In this document: one piece after another, positions 1 through 11,500 of the stretch
Layout: each line of letters begins with the position of its first letter
Numbering within the stretch: position 1 is the stretch's first letter
From: Candidatus Magasanikiibacteriota bacterium
Lineage (GTDB): Bacteria > Patescibacteriota > Patescibacteriia > Magasanikbacterales > UBA922
Reading direction: 5' to 3'
Assembly: GCA_021648085.1 (NCBI GenBank)
Contig: JAKITS010000001.1
Coordinates: 324,948 to 388,947 of the forward strand
Length of the DNA: 64,000 bases
Position numbers and translations under genes: made by a program
Notes under the pieces: generated by a model
Told to the model about the DNA's origin: nothing
The model's input: the letters and a program-made list of their open reading frames with translations, nothing else
The model's database searches: none

Positions 1-1127
1 TGGTTTACTAAAAATAAAGGTCCTTTGTACTGCTTACGAATTTGCTTCCAGACCAAATCAATCAACCTACCTTTTTGAGCAGTGTTTTCATATTTTACAC
101 CAAGCTCATCTAATTTCTTTTTCAAATCATCTTCCGAAGAGGTTAAAATATCTATATCTAATTTTTCTTTAATTGCAGAAACATAATCAAGTCTTTTCCA
201 CTTCTCTCCAAGATCAATTTCACCAAATTCTTTTAGATTAAACTTTAAAGTTCCCCAAGTTTTTTTTGCAACAAACTTTATCATTCTTTCGGTCATTTCC
301 ATGTTATCTTCATAGTTTTTATACGCCCAATAAAATTCCATTTGGGTATAATCTTGAAGGTGTTCCCTACTTATTCCTTCATTTCTAAATTGGCGACCTA
401 TCTCAAAGGTCTTCTCAAAACCACCGACCATAAGTCTTTTTTGCCACAACTCCCCCATTGAAATACGCAAGAACACATCTATATCTAGTGCGTTGTGATG
501 AGTTGAAAATGGAGATGCCTCTGCTCCTCCAGTTGTGGTTTCTAATACTGGTGTCTCCACCTCCAAAAATCCTTCGTTTACTAAAAATTCACGAATTGCA
601 GACCAAAATGTGCTTTTTCTTCTGAAAAGCTCTTTTGATTCTTTATTCATTATCAAGTCTAAATATCTTTTTCTAAATTTTATTTCTTCATTTTGAAGTC
701 CATGAAACTTGTCTGGCAAAGGAAGGAGTGATTTTGAAAGCATTTTCCAATTACTAACCAAAAGTGATTTCTCTTCTGTTTTTGTAATAAAAAAATCACC
801 AGAAACTTCAATAATATCTCCAATGTCTACTTTTTTTACGAAAAGTTTATAATTTTCTTTCCCCAAGTTATCCTGCTTGAAAACCATTTGCATTCTTGCA
901 CTTTCGTCTTCAATTTGTATGAAAGTCAATTTACCGATTTCTCTTTTCATCATGATTCTACCTACACAAACAAATTTATCATCTTCTTTTCCTAATAATA
1001 CTTCTGAAAGTGTATTTGTTCTGTCTGTTTTTGCTGGATAAGAATTTATGTTTAATTCTTGTAAATCTTGTAATTTTTTAAGGCGAACTGAACGCTCGTC
1101 ATTTATATTTACTTCGTTTGTATTCAT
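1..1127 (-). CDS. lysS: Lysine--tRNA ligase (class II), 3' end runs off the window
   Basis: Manual translation from ATG at 1127: MNTNEVNINDERSVRLKKLQ..., then LPLPDKFHGLQ, RKRYLDLIMN, FLEVETPVL, GGAEASPFSTHHNALD, GGFEKTFEIGRQFRNEG. Directly downstream of greA. Confidence 0.95.
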   Translation of the reverse strand, partial: MNTNEVNINDERSVRLKKLQDLQELNINSYPAKTDRTNTLSEVLLGKEDDKFVCVGRIMMKREIGKLTFIQIEDESARMQMVFKQDNLGKENYKLFVKKVDIGDIIEVSGDFFITKTEEKSLLVSNWKMLSKSLLPLPDKFHGLQNEEIKFRKRYLDLIMNKESKELFRRKSTFWSAIREFLVNEGFLEVETPVLETTTGGAEASPFSTHHNALDIDVFLRISMGELWQKRLMVGGFEKTFEIGRQFRNEGISREHLQDYTQMEFYWAYKNYEDNMEMTERMIKFVAKKTWGTLKFNLKEFGEIDLGEKWKRLDYVSAIKEKLDIDILTSSEDDLKKKLDELGVKYENTAQKGRLIDLVWKQIRKQYKGPLFLVN

Positions 1128-1131
1128 ATTT

Positions 1132-1593
1132 TTATTGAATATTCAAAATTTTATACTCTTGTGTTCCTGATGGTATTTGGACTTCCACAACATCTCCTTT
1201 TTTCTTTCCCAAAAATGCACTTCCAAGTGGAGATTCATTGGAAATTTTACCGTTTAACGGATCTGCTTCTTGTGGACCAGTGATGGTATATTCTTTTTCT
1301 TTACCCCGCACTTCCACAGTAATAGTTGAACCCAATCCAATAGAACTAGACCCACCTTTCGTAATTATTTCTGAATTGTCCAAAATACTAGTAATTTCTC
1401 TCGCTCTTGCCATAGTCCAGCCCATATCTTCTCTGGCTGCGTGGTATTCTGCATTTTCGGATAAATCTCCCATTTGACGAGCTTCATCTATTCTTTTTGC
1501 TATTTCAAGTTTTTTTGTTTTTGTTAAAAATTTAAGCTCTTCTTTTAGCTTATCGTATTTATCTTGGAACAGGTATTGTACTTTGTTGGACAT
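1132..1593 (-). CDS. greA: Transcription elongation factor GreA
   Basis: GDLSENAEY motif and ISNESPLGSAFLG. Start taken at MSNK (1593) rather than 1623. Confidence 0.96.
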   Translation of the reverse strand: MSNKVQYLFQDKYDKLKEELKFLTKTKKLEIAKRIDEARQMGDLSENAEYHAAREDMGWTMARAREITSILDNSEIITKGGSSSIGLGSTITVEVRGKEKEYTITGPQEADPLNGKISNESPLGSAFLGKKKGDVVEVQIPSGTQEYKILNIQ

Positions 1594-1701
1594 AATCTTC
1601 AGCATTATAAAATATAACCGCAATTTGCGGCTAGATTTATTATATCAGATAGTAAAACAGTGTCAACTTTAATATTAAAATAATAAATTTTTTATAAAAA
1701 A

Positions 1702-1732
1702 AGAGGGTGTGACAATTGAGCCACACCCTTTA
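1702..1732. terminator. Intrinsic terminator hairpin after the orphan ORF
   Basis: agagggtgtgac-aattga-gccacacccttt with an A run on the left (U tail on the minus strand). Confidence 0.7.
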
Positions 1733-1734
1733 TA

Positions 1735-1956
1735 CTAAGAGGTTTTTTTCTTGTGTACATTCTTGAATAGATATTTCCCAATTTCATTTGGTGAAAGTCT
1801 ATTCTCTTCTACGGGTGCTATAATATTTATTTTATAAGTTATTTTTTCCGTAAAACTTACTAAAGATTTTCCTTCAAGTAAATTCCTAGCATTATTTTCT
1901 CCCAACGCAGCTAGAAGTCTTTCAAATTCTTCACGCGTCCAATTTGGATATCCCAT
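1735..1956 (-). CDS. Small orphan hypothetical protein (73 aa)
   Basis: SD AAGGAG 6 nt before ATG, promoter TTGACT-17-TATTAT (2074-2046), terminator right after the stop. Confidence 0.7.
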   Translation of the reverse strand: MGYPNWTREEFERLLAALGENNARNLLEGKSLVSFTEKITYKINIIAPVEENRLSPNEIGKYLFKNVHKKKTS

Positions 1957-2154
1957 TATTTACTCCTTAATAGACTAAATCTCTATATTTTATGGGTTTC
2001 TAATCAAGATTTCCTAATTTTCCAAACATTATAAAAATCAGATAAATAATAGTATTATTTTTATAAAAAGTCAAAGAAGAAGTGTTCCAAATGTTTTATT
2101 ACTTCGTTTATTCTAAATGGTGGAAAATTGAAGTCTGAAGTCCGAAAACTATCC

Positions 2155-4134
2155 TTAAAACCTATATTCATACCACCACTTATAAAAATCATAGGCTATT
2201 TCTGTGGAGATTCCACTTCCCTCTTCTCCTTCTTCTACTAAAACTGTGACCACAATTTCTGGATAATTGAATGGTGCAAAAGATGTAAACCATGCATGAT
2301 TGTCTTTGGTAGAACTCCATTGCGCTGTTCCTGTTTTCCCTGCCACAAGCAGTGGAAGTGCAGAAAGTCTTCTGCAAGAACCATAAACAACACACTCACG
2401 CATTCCAAGTTTTGCTGTTTGAATATGACTTGAATTTATAAAATTTTCATTCAAAATAACTGTCTCAATTTTTTCTTCTTCTTTTGTCTCGGGGTTTATT
2501 ATTTTTTGAGCAATTCTAGGTTGATAAAGTGTGCCACCGTTTGCAACCACAGAAGTCATACTTGCTATTTGAAGTGGTGTCACCGAAACATCACCCTGAC
2601 CAATTGATAAATTATAAGTATCACCAACATACCACCTTTCATTTTTTACCTCTTGTTTCCACTCTTTTGATGGTAAGAACCCTTTTGCTTCTCCTGGAAT
2701 ATCTATATTCAATCTTTCTGCGAAACCAAATTTTTTTAGATATTCTACAATTTTTGTAGCGCCAAGACCCTCAAAATCATTGTATCCTCCACCGATATAA
2801 TAATAAAAAGTGTTTACAGACCAAGCCAAAGATTTGCGAACATTTGTAATTCCATGACCACCATATTTCCAATCTCTAAAAACCCACGAGCCAACATTAA
2901 TTCCTCCTGTACTTAAAAATGATGTTCTATTTGTAATTAATCCTTCTTGAAGTGCTGTAAGAGCTACTGCCATTTTTATTGTAGATCCAGATGGGTAGGT
3001 TCCACTTATTACTCTGTTGAATAGTGGGTTGTTTTCATTTTCCAAATATTCTTGATATTTTTGCAGCTCAATTCCTCCAGAAAAATCATTGTTATTAAAA
3101 GTGGGTAAACTTACTAAAGCTAAAATTTCTCCATTTCTGGGATCCATTACAATTACGGCGGCCTTCTTTTTATCGCTATCTTCCAAATATTTAGTAGTTA
3201 TTTCTTCCAATTTATTTTGAATTTCCAAGTCTATACTAAGTTGTACATGATCTCCGTGAACAGGAGCTTTTTCAATGACTACATTTTGTTTTCTACCGAA
3301 AGCGTTTACCTCAATTTTTTGATAGCCATACTTACCTCGCAAAGCTTTCTCATAAGTTTTCTCAATTCCTGTTTTTCCTATTGTGTCTGTCGGTATATAT
3401 CCTTTTGGATACAATTCTTTTAATTCTTCTGGGTTAAGTTTTCCAGCATAACCCAAAATATGAGATAAAGATAAATATTTTTTTTCACCCTCCTCTTTCA
3501 TTAAATAAAGTCTTTTACTTCTTCTTTCTATATTTATTCCTGGCAAATCGCTGGTTTCAATTTCTATCAAAAGTGCTGTTTCATAATCTAAATCATCTAA
3601 AATATCTATTGATTCATAACTGTAAGCTCCATATTCTTTTATAATTTCACTTATATCATCTCTATTTTTTTGTATCAATCCTGCTAATCTACTAATTATT
3701 TTATCCAATTCTTCTGCTTTTCTAGGCAAATCTTGCGGTGTAATGGCGAGAGAGAATTTCAAAACATTTTTGGTTAGTTGCTGTCTGTTTCTATCATAAA
3801 TAATTCCACGCTCTGCTGGCACAGGAATTGTTCTCTGACTATTATTTTTTGCCAAAAGTGAATAGTCTCCACCATCAACTATTTGGATAAAAAACACCCT
3901 TCCAATTAAAATAAAAAATATTATAAAAATTAAAATTAGCAACACCTTCTTTTTTTTAAGAGAAAAACTACTTCCCATATAGTTTTTACTTCCAGGAATA
4001 GCTGGCTGACGACTCGTTTTGTTTTGAAAAGAAAAAGAATCCTCAATCCAAGAATTTTTATATTTTCCTTCTAAACTTAAGTAGGAGAACTTTGGGATAG
4101 ATATTCCAAAAATTGTATTCTTATTTTTACTCAT
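2155..4134 (-). CDS. mrdA: Penicillin-binding protein 2 (class B transpeptidase)
   Basis: RGIIYDRN, STIK (SxxK), SVN and KTGTAQ motifs; follows mreBCD. Start at 4134 gives an ATGA overlap with the mreD stop. Confidence 0.93.
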   Translation of the reverse strand: MSKNKNTIFGISIPKFSYLSLEGKYKNSWIEDSFSFQNKTSRQPAIPGSKNYMGSSFSLKKKKVLLILIFIIFFILIGRVFFIQIVDGGDYSLLAKNNSQRTIPVPAERGIIYDRNRQQLTKNVLKFSLAITPQDLPRKAEELDKIISRLAGLIQKNRDDISEIIKEYGAYSYESIDILDDLDYETALLIEIETSDLPGINIERRSKRLYLMKEEGEKKYLSLSHILGYAGKLNPEELKELYPKGYIPTDTIGKTGIEKTYEKALRGKYGYQKIEVNAFGRKQNVVIEKAPVHGDHVQLSIDLEIQNKLEEITTKYLEDSDKKKAAVIVMDPRNGEILALVSLPTFNNNDFSGGIELQKYQEYLENENNPLFNRVISGTYPSGSTIKMAVALTALQEGLITNRTSFLSTGGINVGSWVFRDWKYGGHGITNVRKSLAWSVNTFYYYIGGGYNDFEGLGATKIVEYLKKFGFAERLNIDIPGEAKGFLPSKEWKQEVKNERWYVGDTYNLSIGQGDVSVTPLQIASMTSVVANGGTLYQPRIAQKIINPETKEEEKIETVILNENFINSSHIQTAKLGMRECVVYGSCRRLSALPLLVAGKTGTAQWSSTKDNHAWFTSFAPFNYPEIVVTVLVEEGEEGSGISTEIAYDFYKWWYEYRF

Positions 4135-4661
4135 GAGTGTATCCTTGCAGAATTTAACTTTTTTGTAAATTTTGTTAAGAAAATAAATATTACACTTAAA
4201 AAAATAGTGGTCGAGAATATCTCCCAACTCATCAAACTAAAAAAGTCTTTTGAAATAAAACTAAAGTCTTCATTAAAAATAAGACTGTTTGTTATGATAA
4301 GTATAAAATATAATATTCTAAACAAGATTAAACTTAAAAATGTAAGTGCTAAAACACCATACCAAGATTTATTTGTAAAAATATTCAAGTAAAGATAAAA
4401 AATAATTAGCGAAGTCATTGTTCCGGAAAAAAGAGTAATTCCAAAAGGTAAGGCTGAATAAAAATCTAATAATAAAAATAATAAAAAAGCATACCAAACC
4501 ACCCACCCAGACTCATACCAAATTATCATCAATATCACCGTCGCGAAAACCAAATTTATTTGTGAAAATGGATATGGTAAAATAAGAAATATAAAAGAAT
4601 GGGCAAAAAAGACTAAAAAAATACTTACAAAAAATAAAATGAAATCAATAAGTTTTTTCAT
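4131..4661 (-). CDS. mreD: Rod shape-determining protein MreD
   Basis: Multi-TM protein with LLDFYSALPFG, lying between mreC and mrdA. Confidence 0.8.
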   Translation of the reverse strand: MKKLIDFILFFVSIFLVFFAHSFIFLILPYPFSQINLVFATVILMIIWYESGWVVWYAFLLFLLLDFYSALPFGITLFSGTMTSLIIFYLYLNIFTNKSWYGVLALTFLSLILFRILYFILIITNSLIFNEDFSFISKDFFSLMSWEIFSTTIFLSVIFIFLTKFTKKLNSARIHS

Positions 4662-4663
4662 AC

Positions 4664-5452
4664 CTATTCTTCATTTACAAAAGTGATTACAGAAACCAAA
4701 AACAATTTATCTAAATCACTAAGCGGTTGTAGGATAGCTTTTTGAAATGGTTGGTAAGGTTCTTTTTCTACAGCCTCCACAGTTCCTATCAAAAGACCTC
4801 TTGGAATTCTTGCCTCAAGCCCAGATGTAATAACGGTGTCGCCGATGTGAATAGTTTCATTTTGAGGAATTAAATTCATATGTACACTAATTCCATAACC
4901 ACCTTCAACCAAACCCATACTTGTATCTTTGTTTGTAAGCGTTCCTGCGATTTTACTCTGATTGTCATTTATTAGACGCACTACAGAAGTCGTGTCTTCA
5001 GATTTTATAATTTTTCCCACCAAAACACCGCCAGAGGCAATTACTGGATTTCCTATCTCTATCCCGTCTTTTTTTCCTTTGTTTAAAATTATTGAACTAC
5101 TGAAAGGTTCAAAATCTTTTCCTATAACCTGTGCACCAATATAATTAAATTTCTTGTCAATAAAAAAATTCAATTGTTCGCGCAATTGTTCATTCTCTTC
5201 TTCCAAAAGTATTAATTTTGCTCTATCTATTTTAAGTTTATTTAATTCTGTTTGAAGGTCTGGACACACTAAATTTTTATTTTGCTGTTCGTCTATATTT
5301 AGGCTAAGTTTGTAAACCGATCCAACACCACCATTAAAAATATCTCTAACAAAATTTTCAATTGGGCTTACCCAACCAGAAAAATGAAGTAGAATTGTTA
5401 AAAAAATTACAAAAGAAACCGCAATTATGGTTTTCTTTTTAGTTTTTCTCAT
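4664..5452 (-). CDS. mreC: Rod shape-determining protein MreC
   Basis: TM anchor, coiled coil LEEENEQLREQL, LNKGKKDGI, GDTVITSGL...PRGLLIG. Confidence 0.93.
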   Translation of the reverse strand: MRKTKKKTIIAVSFVIFLTILLHFSGWVSPIENFVRDIFNGGVGSVYKLSLNIDEQQNKNLVCPDLQTELNKLKIDRAKLILLEEENEQLREQLNFFIDKKFNYIGAQVIGKDFEPFSSSIILNKGKKDGIEIGNPVIASGGVLVGKIIKSEDTTSVVRLINDNQSKIAGTLTNKDTSMGLVEGGYGISVHMNLIPQNETIHIGDTVITSGLEARIPRGLLIGTVEAVEKEPYQPFQKAILQPLSDLDKLFLVSVITFVNEE

Positions 5453-5504
5453 ATTTTATAAATAAATATTCCTTCTTTTCAGCCTAATTCTTAAATCCTG
5501 TAAG

Positions 5505-6572
5505 TTATCTAATTCTTCTTTTTTTATCATCTCTTGCAGAAGGAAGGGCCACTTCTTTTAAAAGTTTGTCATCCTCCAAAAGTACGCCAATTCCCCTAAC
5601 CACAGCAGTAAGTGGGTCGTCTACAATTCTCACAGATATGTTTGTGGCACGGGAGATAACTTTATCCAAACCACGCAAAAGAGATCCACCACCTGAAAGC
5701 ATAATTCCTCTTTCATGTATATCTCCTGTCAATTCCGGCGGTGTCGTTTCCAAAGTTATTTTTATCTGTTCTATTATTCCACTTATAGATCTCTCTAAAG
5801 CTTCTCGTACATGTTCATCGTTTATCATTATTTCTTTTGGAAGGCCTGTCATCACATCTCGCCCTCTCATCGGAAACTCAATAGACTCTTCCAGATTAGA
5901 GGCAGATCCCACTTTTATTTTAATATGTTCAGAATGACTTTCTCCAACAAAAAGATTAAAAACTTCTCTTGCATACTGTGTGATATTTCTATTCATCTCA
6001 TCGCCTGCGATTTGTGTAGATTTCCAACTTACAATTCCACTAAGCGATATTATTGCAACATCCGTAGTTCCACCACCAATATCAACTATCATATTTCCTA
6101 TAGGCTCTTGAATAAGCATACGCGAACCAATTGCTGCTGCCATTGGTTCTTGCACCACAAAAACTTCTTTTGCACCAGAAGAGATTACAGCGTCTTCCAC
6201 GGCTTTCATTTCTACCTCTGTCGCCTCAAGTGGAATGCAAACTATAACTCTTGGCCTAGCCATTATAAAAAAACCATTCTCGTAAACTTTATCTATAAAA
6301 TAGCGTATCATCTTTTCCGCAACTTCATAATCTGAAATAATTCCATTTGAAAGTGGTTTTGTCACCACAATATGCGAAGGAGTTTTACCAAGCATTCTTT
6401 TTGCTTCGTCTCCTACTGCCAAGATTTGTTCCGTCCTTGTATTTATTGCAACTACAGAAGGTTCGTTTATTACAATTCCTTTGTCTTTTATATAAACCAA
6501 AGTATTGGCAGTTCCCAAATCTATGCCGATATCTCGTGGTTTAAATTTTCCAAAAAAAGACTTTAAAGACAC
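5505..6572 (-). CDS. mreB: Actin-like rod shape protein MreB (GTG start)
   Basis: DIGIDLGTANT, EPMAAAIG, VDIGGGTTD. Confidence 0.97.
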   Translation of the reverse strand: MSLKSFFGKFKPRDIGIDLGTANTLVYIKDKGIVINEPSVVAINTRTEQILAVGDEAKRMLGKTPSHIVVTKPLSNGIISDYEVAEKMIRYFIDKVYENGFFIMARPRVIVCIPLEATEVEMKAVEDAVISSGAKEVFVVQEPMAAAIGSRMLIQEPIGNMIVDIGGGTTDVAIISLSGIVSWKSTQIAGDEMNRNITQYAREVFNLFVGESHSEHIKIKVGSASNLEESIEFPMRGRDVMTGLPKEIMINDEHVREALERSISGIIEQIKITLETTPPELTGDIHERGIMLSGGGSLLRGLDKVISRATNISVRIVDDPLTAVVRGIGVLLEDDKLLKEVALPSARDDKKRRIR

Positions 6573-6581
6573 AATAAAAAA

Positions 6582-7835
6582 TTAATTAATTAAGTCCGAT
6601 AATTTATTAATAGGTAAGATATTAGTTTCTCCAGTTCTGCGATCTTTCACTTCAACACTACTATTTTCCAAAGTCTTTGGACTCAAAATAACTTGCGTTG
6701 AAATTCCCATTAAATCACTCTCTGCAAATTTCTGTCCCGCACTTATTTTTAATCTATCATCCAGCAAAACATCCATACCAAGTTCTTTTAGTTTTTGATA
6801 AATCCATATTGTTTCTTTTTCGTTTTTATCTGGACGAAGACTTATTAAATGCAAATCAAATGGAGTCACTTCTTTTGGCCAAATTATTCCTCTTTCATCG
6901 TTGTTCAATTCTACCAAAGTTCCCATAAGTCTAGATGGACTCATTCCAAAAGATCCCATATAAACTAATTCATTTTTTCCGTCTTCATTCGCAAACTTCA
7001 ATCCAAAAGCTTCGGAATATTTATAACCTAAACTATATATATCACCCACTTCGACAGATTTTTTTTCTACTAAATTATTTTTATCAAATTTTAAATCAAA
7101 ATCTGCTAACATTTCATTGTTAAAATCCTCTTTATTTATTGCAATATTTTTTTCTTCATCTATATAAATAATGTCCTCTCCTGCTTCAGAAAGTGTTTGA
7201 AATTCATAAGAATATTTGGAAAATGAACCGCCAGAAGAAATTGTAAGATAAGTTTTATCACCCATTCCAAGTCTTCCAAAAACTTTCATATAAACATCTT
7301 TCATTTTTTCATAAAATACATCGTGTTCTTCTTTATTTTTGGAAAAAGAATACATATCTTTCATTAAAAATTCTCTACCACGAATTAAACCAGACTTTGC
7401 TCTTGTCTCGTTTCTAAATTTTGTCTGAATTTGATAAGCATAAAAAGGAAGATTTTTGTAAGAAGTAATATAATTTTTCATTATATTTGTGATAGCTTCT
7501 TCGTGTGTAAAAGCAAGTCCAAGCTCTGTGTTATTTTTCAATTTTGTTTTAAACCAGTTATCAACGACACCATCACTCCAACGCCCTGATTTCTCCCAAG
7601 TTTCTTTGTTCTGCAGAGTACTCAAAAACACCTCTTGTCCTCCAGCTTCATCCATTTCTTCTCTAATAATATTATTTATTTTGTTTAAAACACGAAGTCC
7701 GAGTGGTAAAAAGTTATAAACACCAGACATTGTTTTATCTATAAAACCAGCCCGAATTAAAAGTTGTGCATTCTTACTAACCTCATCTTTTGGGTGTTCT
7801 TTCAAAGTTTTTGTAAAAAGTTTTGTCTGTCTCAT
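6582..7835 (-). CDS. proS: Proline--tRNA ligase, short form lacking the INS editing domain
   Basis: THEE, QTKFRNE, REFLMKDMYSF and a C-terminal anticodon-binding domain; 417 aa. Confidence 0.92.
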   Translation of the reverse strand: MRQTKLFTKTLKEHPKDEVSKNAQLLIRAGFIDKTMSGVYNFLPLGLRVLNKINNIIREEMDEAGGQEVFLSTLQNKETWEKSGRWSDGVVDNWFKTKLKNNTELGLAFTHEEAITNIMKNYITSYKNLPFYAYQIQTKFRNETRAKSGLIRGREFLMKDMYSFSKNKEEHDVFYEKMKDVYMKVFGRLGMGDKTYLTISSGGSFSKYSYEFQTLSEAGEDIIYIDEEKNIAINKEDFNNEMLADFDLKFDKNNLVEKKSVEVGDIYSLGYKYSEAFGLKFANEDGKNELVYMGSFGMSPSRLMGTLVELNNDERGIIWPKEVTPFDLHLISLRPDKNEKETIWIYQKLKELGMDVLLDDRLKISAGQKFAESDLMGISTQVILSPKTLENSSVEVKDRRTGETNILPINKLSDLIN

Positions 7836-8233
7836 AAAAAATTGTCAGCTCGCCTTGATTTTCTATAAGAAACTGCGAAGGCAAATAATAATATAAAAAT
7901 AAATAAAAGTAATATAAAATTCCAAAATGTTAATACTTTTTTTGCATTTAGGTAAAGTACCATAACTAAAGCGAAAGATACAACCACAGAACATGTAAAA
8001 CTACGCCTAACATGAATATACAAAGGGATTATCCTATTTGTAAGTTTTCTAGAGATAATAAAAAAAGGCATTGAAAAAGTACCTAAAAGCGCAAAGTAAA
8101 AACTTAGATAGAAAAAAAAGAAACCGAGCTTACTACCTTGAAATGGGTCTATATTTACAAGTACAAAACCCCAAGAAATCCAGCACAAAATTGCAGCAAA
8201 GCTCATTATAAATAGATATTGCCGTAAACTCAT
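7832..8233 (-). CDS. Hypothetical 4-TM membrane protein
   Basis: Hydrophobic ORF coupled to proS by a 4-nt overlap. Confidence 0.8.
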   Translation of the reverse strand: MSLRQYLFIMSFAAILCWISWGFVLVNIDPFQGSKLGFFFFYLSFYFALLGTFSMPFFIISRKLTNRIIPLYIHVRRSFTCSVVVSFALVMVLYLNAKKVLTFWNFILLLFIFILLFAFAVSYRKSRRADNFL

Positions 8234-8246
8234 AAATTTTCAACTC

Positions 8247-8546
8247 TTAAAGTAAATATCTTATTGCATCAATTTCATTCTTACCAACTTTTTTATTTAT
8301 CTCTTCCACGAGTTCTTTTTGGCGCAATCTTAACTCTTGTGCCATCACAGAGCTTGCACAAGAAACTGTCAAAGTTCTGTTTTTTAAAAATAATGGCCTT
8401 GTTAGTGTTACAGAATCCTTTCCAAAAAATTCTTTCATAATTTCTTCGGCAATTTCTATAATAGAAGAAGTCTCTATCTGTTTTTGTAGAGTTGTGTTTT
8501 GGTTAAATTTATTTTTTAGCTCTTGTCCAAGTGGTGTAAAACTCAT
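8247..8546 (-). CDS. DciA/DUF721-family replicative helicase loader
   Basis: LTVSCASSVMAQELRL...LVEEIN...IRY pattern; 99 aa. Confidence 0.8.
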   Translation of the reverse strand: MSFTPLGQELKNKFNQNTTLQKQIETSSIIEIAEEIMKEFFGKDSVTLTRPLFLKNRTLTVSCASSVMAQELRLRQKELVEEINKKVGKNEIDAIRYLL

Positions 8547-8564
8547 AATTTATATAATTTCTAT

Positions 8565-11500
8565 TTATATCTTCCCACAAATTAAGTCATTTTCAAAATC
8601 CTCCAAGCCTTTTAGTGTTTTTTCATATTTACTAATATCTGGAAAATCTAAGTTTCTTATCTTTTTATCCACAGCAACAATTAGTTTTTTCAATCTTTCC
8701 ACATCTTCAGAAGTTATGTCATAAGGAAGGCAGTGAATTTCATCTAATTTTGTAGGATTCAGAAATTCCAAATACCCACGGTTTACAGTATATTTTGAAT
8801 AATCTCGTGAGAATTCTACCAAAAGTTTATAAAAAATAATCTGTCTTTTATAACCATGGAGTTGTACTTTTTTGTCTGGCAAACTTTCCTTCCAGCTCAA
8901 TTTATAACTTCCTGTTTTAAAATCATAAACCTCCATTTCTCTTGTTTCTTCATTTGGAACTATTTTATCAATTTTTCCTGTTATTTGTACATTTTCCACA
9001 AAAACTTGTTGCATTCGAAAATTTGTTTCTATCCAGCTTGTCGCAGAAATTCTATCTTGGTATTTATTCAAATATATTTTCCAAACCTCATTTCCCTTTT
9101 TTAAATACTTTTCAAAAATATTTTCTCTCATGTTTTCTCTTTCCAGGTGTCCTTTGAAGTATTTCTGAACTTCTTCAATATTCGGTTTAATTTCATTTTT
9201 AGAAATATGGTTATGTATACTCTCTACCGTCGCGTGCATTGCAACCCCATAAGAAAGAAAAGGGGTTTTTGAAGTTGGAAATCTCAGTAAGTTTTGTTCA
9301 AAAAACTCGTGCGGTCCGCCACGCATTACATTTAGAAAATTGTTCAGATGCGTGACACTTAAAATATATTTATCTAAAATTGGTTTTAATACAGATTTTT
9401 CATCCAAAGATAAAGGGCTAAACGACGGCAAACTTGTTTTTTCCAAAGAATTCACAGTATCCAAAATATTAGATTTTATTTCTTTTGCTTCAATTTTATA
9501 CTCCACACCTTCAAAAATAGAAGTTTCCAAAAATGGTACTCGGAGTGAATCTCTACCATTTGTCTTCTTTTTATAACTTGTCACATACAAATTACTTTTT
9601 GCGCGAGTAATTGCTACAAAAAATAAACGCAAATAATCATCTATTGTATCTCCCGCAGGATCAATCGATAAATTTTTTGGGAAAGCAATCATATCTCTGG
9701 ATTGTGATTTTGCCCAAACTTCATTTTGACAATTCAATACAAAAACTGTATCAAACTCCAACCCTTTTGCTTTGTGTGCTGTCAAAAGCGTGATAGCGCT
9801 TACTCCACCAATATATGGACTTGTGTCTGTTATCGCTAAATTGTGCATCTCGTATATATCCACACAGGAAACCAAATCAAAAAGTTTTGGGGCTGAAATA
9901 TCAGAAGTATACGATCGCACAGTGCTTACAAAAGTGTTCAAACTAGATAAAAATTGTATATATTCTGATGGATTTTTATTATATTTATCTTTGTGAAAAT
10001 AAAATCGACGAAATGAAGATGTAAATTTATTTTTAATTTCATCTGCTGGACCAATCAATTCATCTAACAAACTTCCCATTGGTTCTATGTGAGCTCGAGA
10101 AGCAAGATCCAAAAACCAATTTGCTATTTTTTGTAATTCTTTATTTTCACTTTCCAGCATTACATCTATCCACCTTCCTCTTGTGTCGGTCTTTTGTTTT
10201 TTGTATGCTTCAATTGAAAGTTTCCAAATAGTAGACCTATCCAAACCCCAAAATGGAAAAGATAAAATTGTCGACAAAAAATTCTGAGAATAATAAATAG
10301 AATCTTTTGCGAGAGAAGAGACAAGTCTAGCCATACAAATAATCTGATTTATATGAACTTCTTCCAACACATTTCTCTGACGCTCGTATTGAATTGGGAT
10401 TTGCTTTGCAAACAAAAATGGTGCAATTTCTTGAAGTTGTCTGTGATTTCTTGCAATCACAGAAATATTATCCAAACTCACCCCATTTTCAATTTTATAT
10501 TTTATTTCATTGGCAATATATTCGTATTCGTGAACAGCTGTATCAAAAGTATGTGCTGTAATTACACCTTCTTTTATATCTGGATTTGCAGATTCCAATT
10601 TTTTTTCAACCTCCTCCAACCTATCTACCAATCTATCATCCCCTTGAGAAATTACACGGTGTGCAAAATCTACAATTGCAGGAGTGGAGCGATAATTTTT
10701 TACCAAAGTTATCAATTTTGTTTCAGGATACTGCTCTCTAAATTGTAATATATTATTTATCTCTGCTCCTTGAAATTTATATATAGCCTGATCATCATCC
10801 CCAACAACCATTACATTCGGTTTACCTTCGTTTACTGGATTTTCTGTCAGCATATGAATAATTCTCATTTGTGCTTCGTTTGTGTCCTGAAACTCATCGA
10901 CAAGAATATATTGATATTTTTCTTGAAGTTCTGCCAAAAGCCCGGGTTTTTTTAATAAAACTCGAATCAAATCCAAAATCATATCATCAAAATCTACCAA
11001 CCCAATTTTTGCCATTGCTTTTTGATATTTTTCATAAACCAATCCCAAAGATATATTTCTATCCAATTGATATGCATCTTTTAAGCGCTTTTTTTTAGTT
11101 TCCTTATCTCTACCTATCCAATTATCCTTCCATTTTGTGATTGGTTTTGTACTATTTTCTTCTATTGCCTGCTCGTACGCATTCAAAAGTGAACGCAATA
11201 AAATATCTTTATAATCCAAAAGGCTAATATGTTCTATTGGCAATTTTGGTAAATCTATTTGTTTAATTTGAGAAATTAAAGTTGGTATTTGCTCTTTTAT
11301 TTTTTTGGAAACTCGTGGCTCAAAAAAAGGGATTAAAATTTCTTCTATTTTTGCAAAACAATCTCCATTTGATTTTACAATTTTTTGATATTCTTCTGGT
11401 GTAATTCCAGCTTTTTTCAATTTACTAATTTTATTTTTTATACTATTTAAATATACAAAAGTTCCATTACGCTTTGTACTAAATGAATCTGAAAATAATA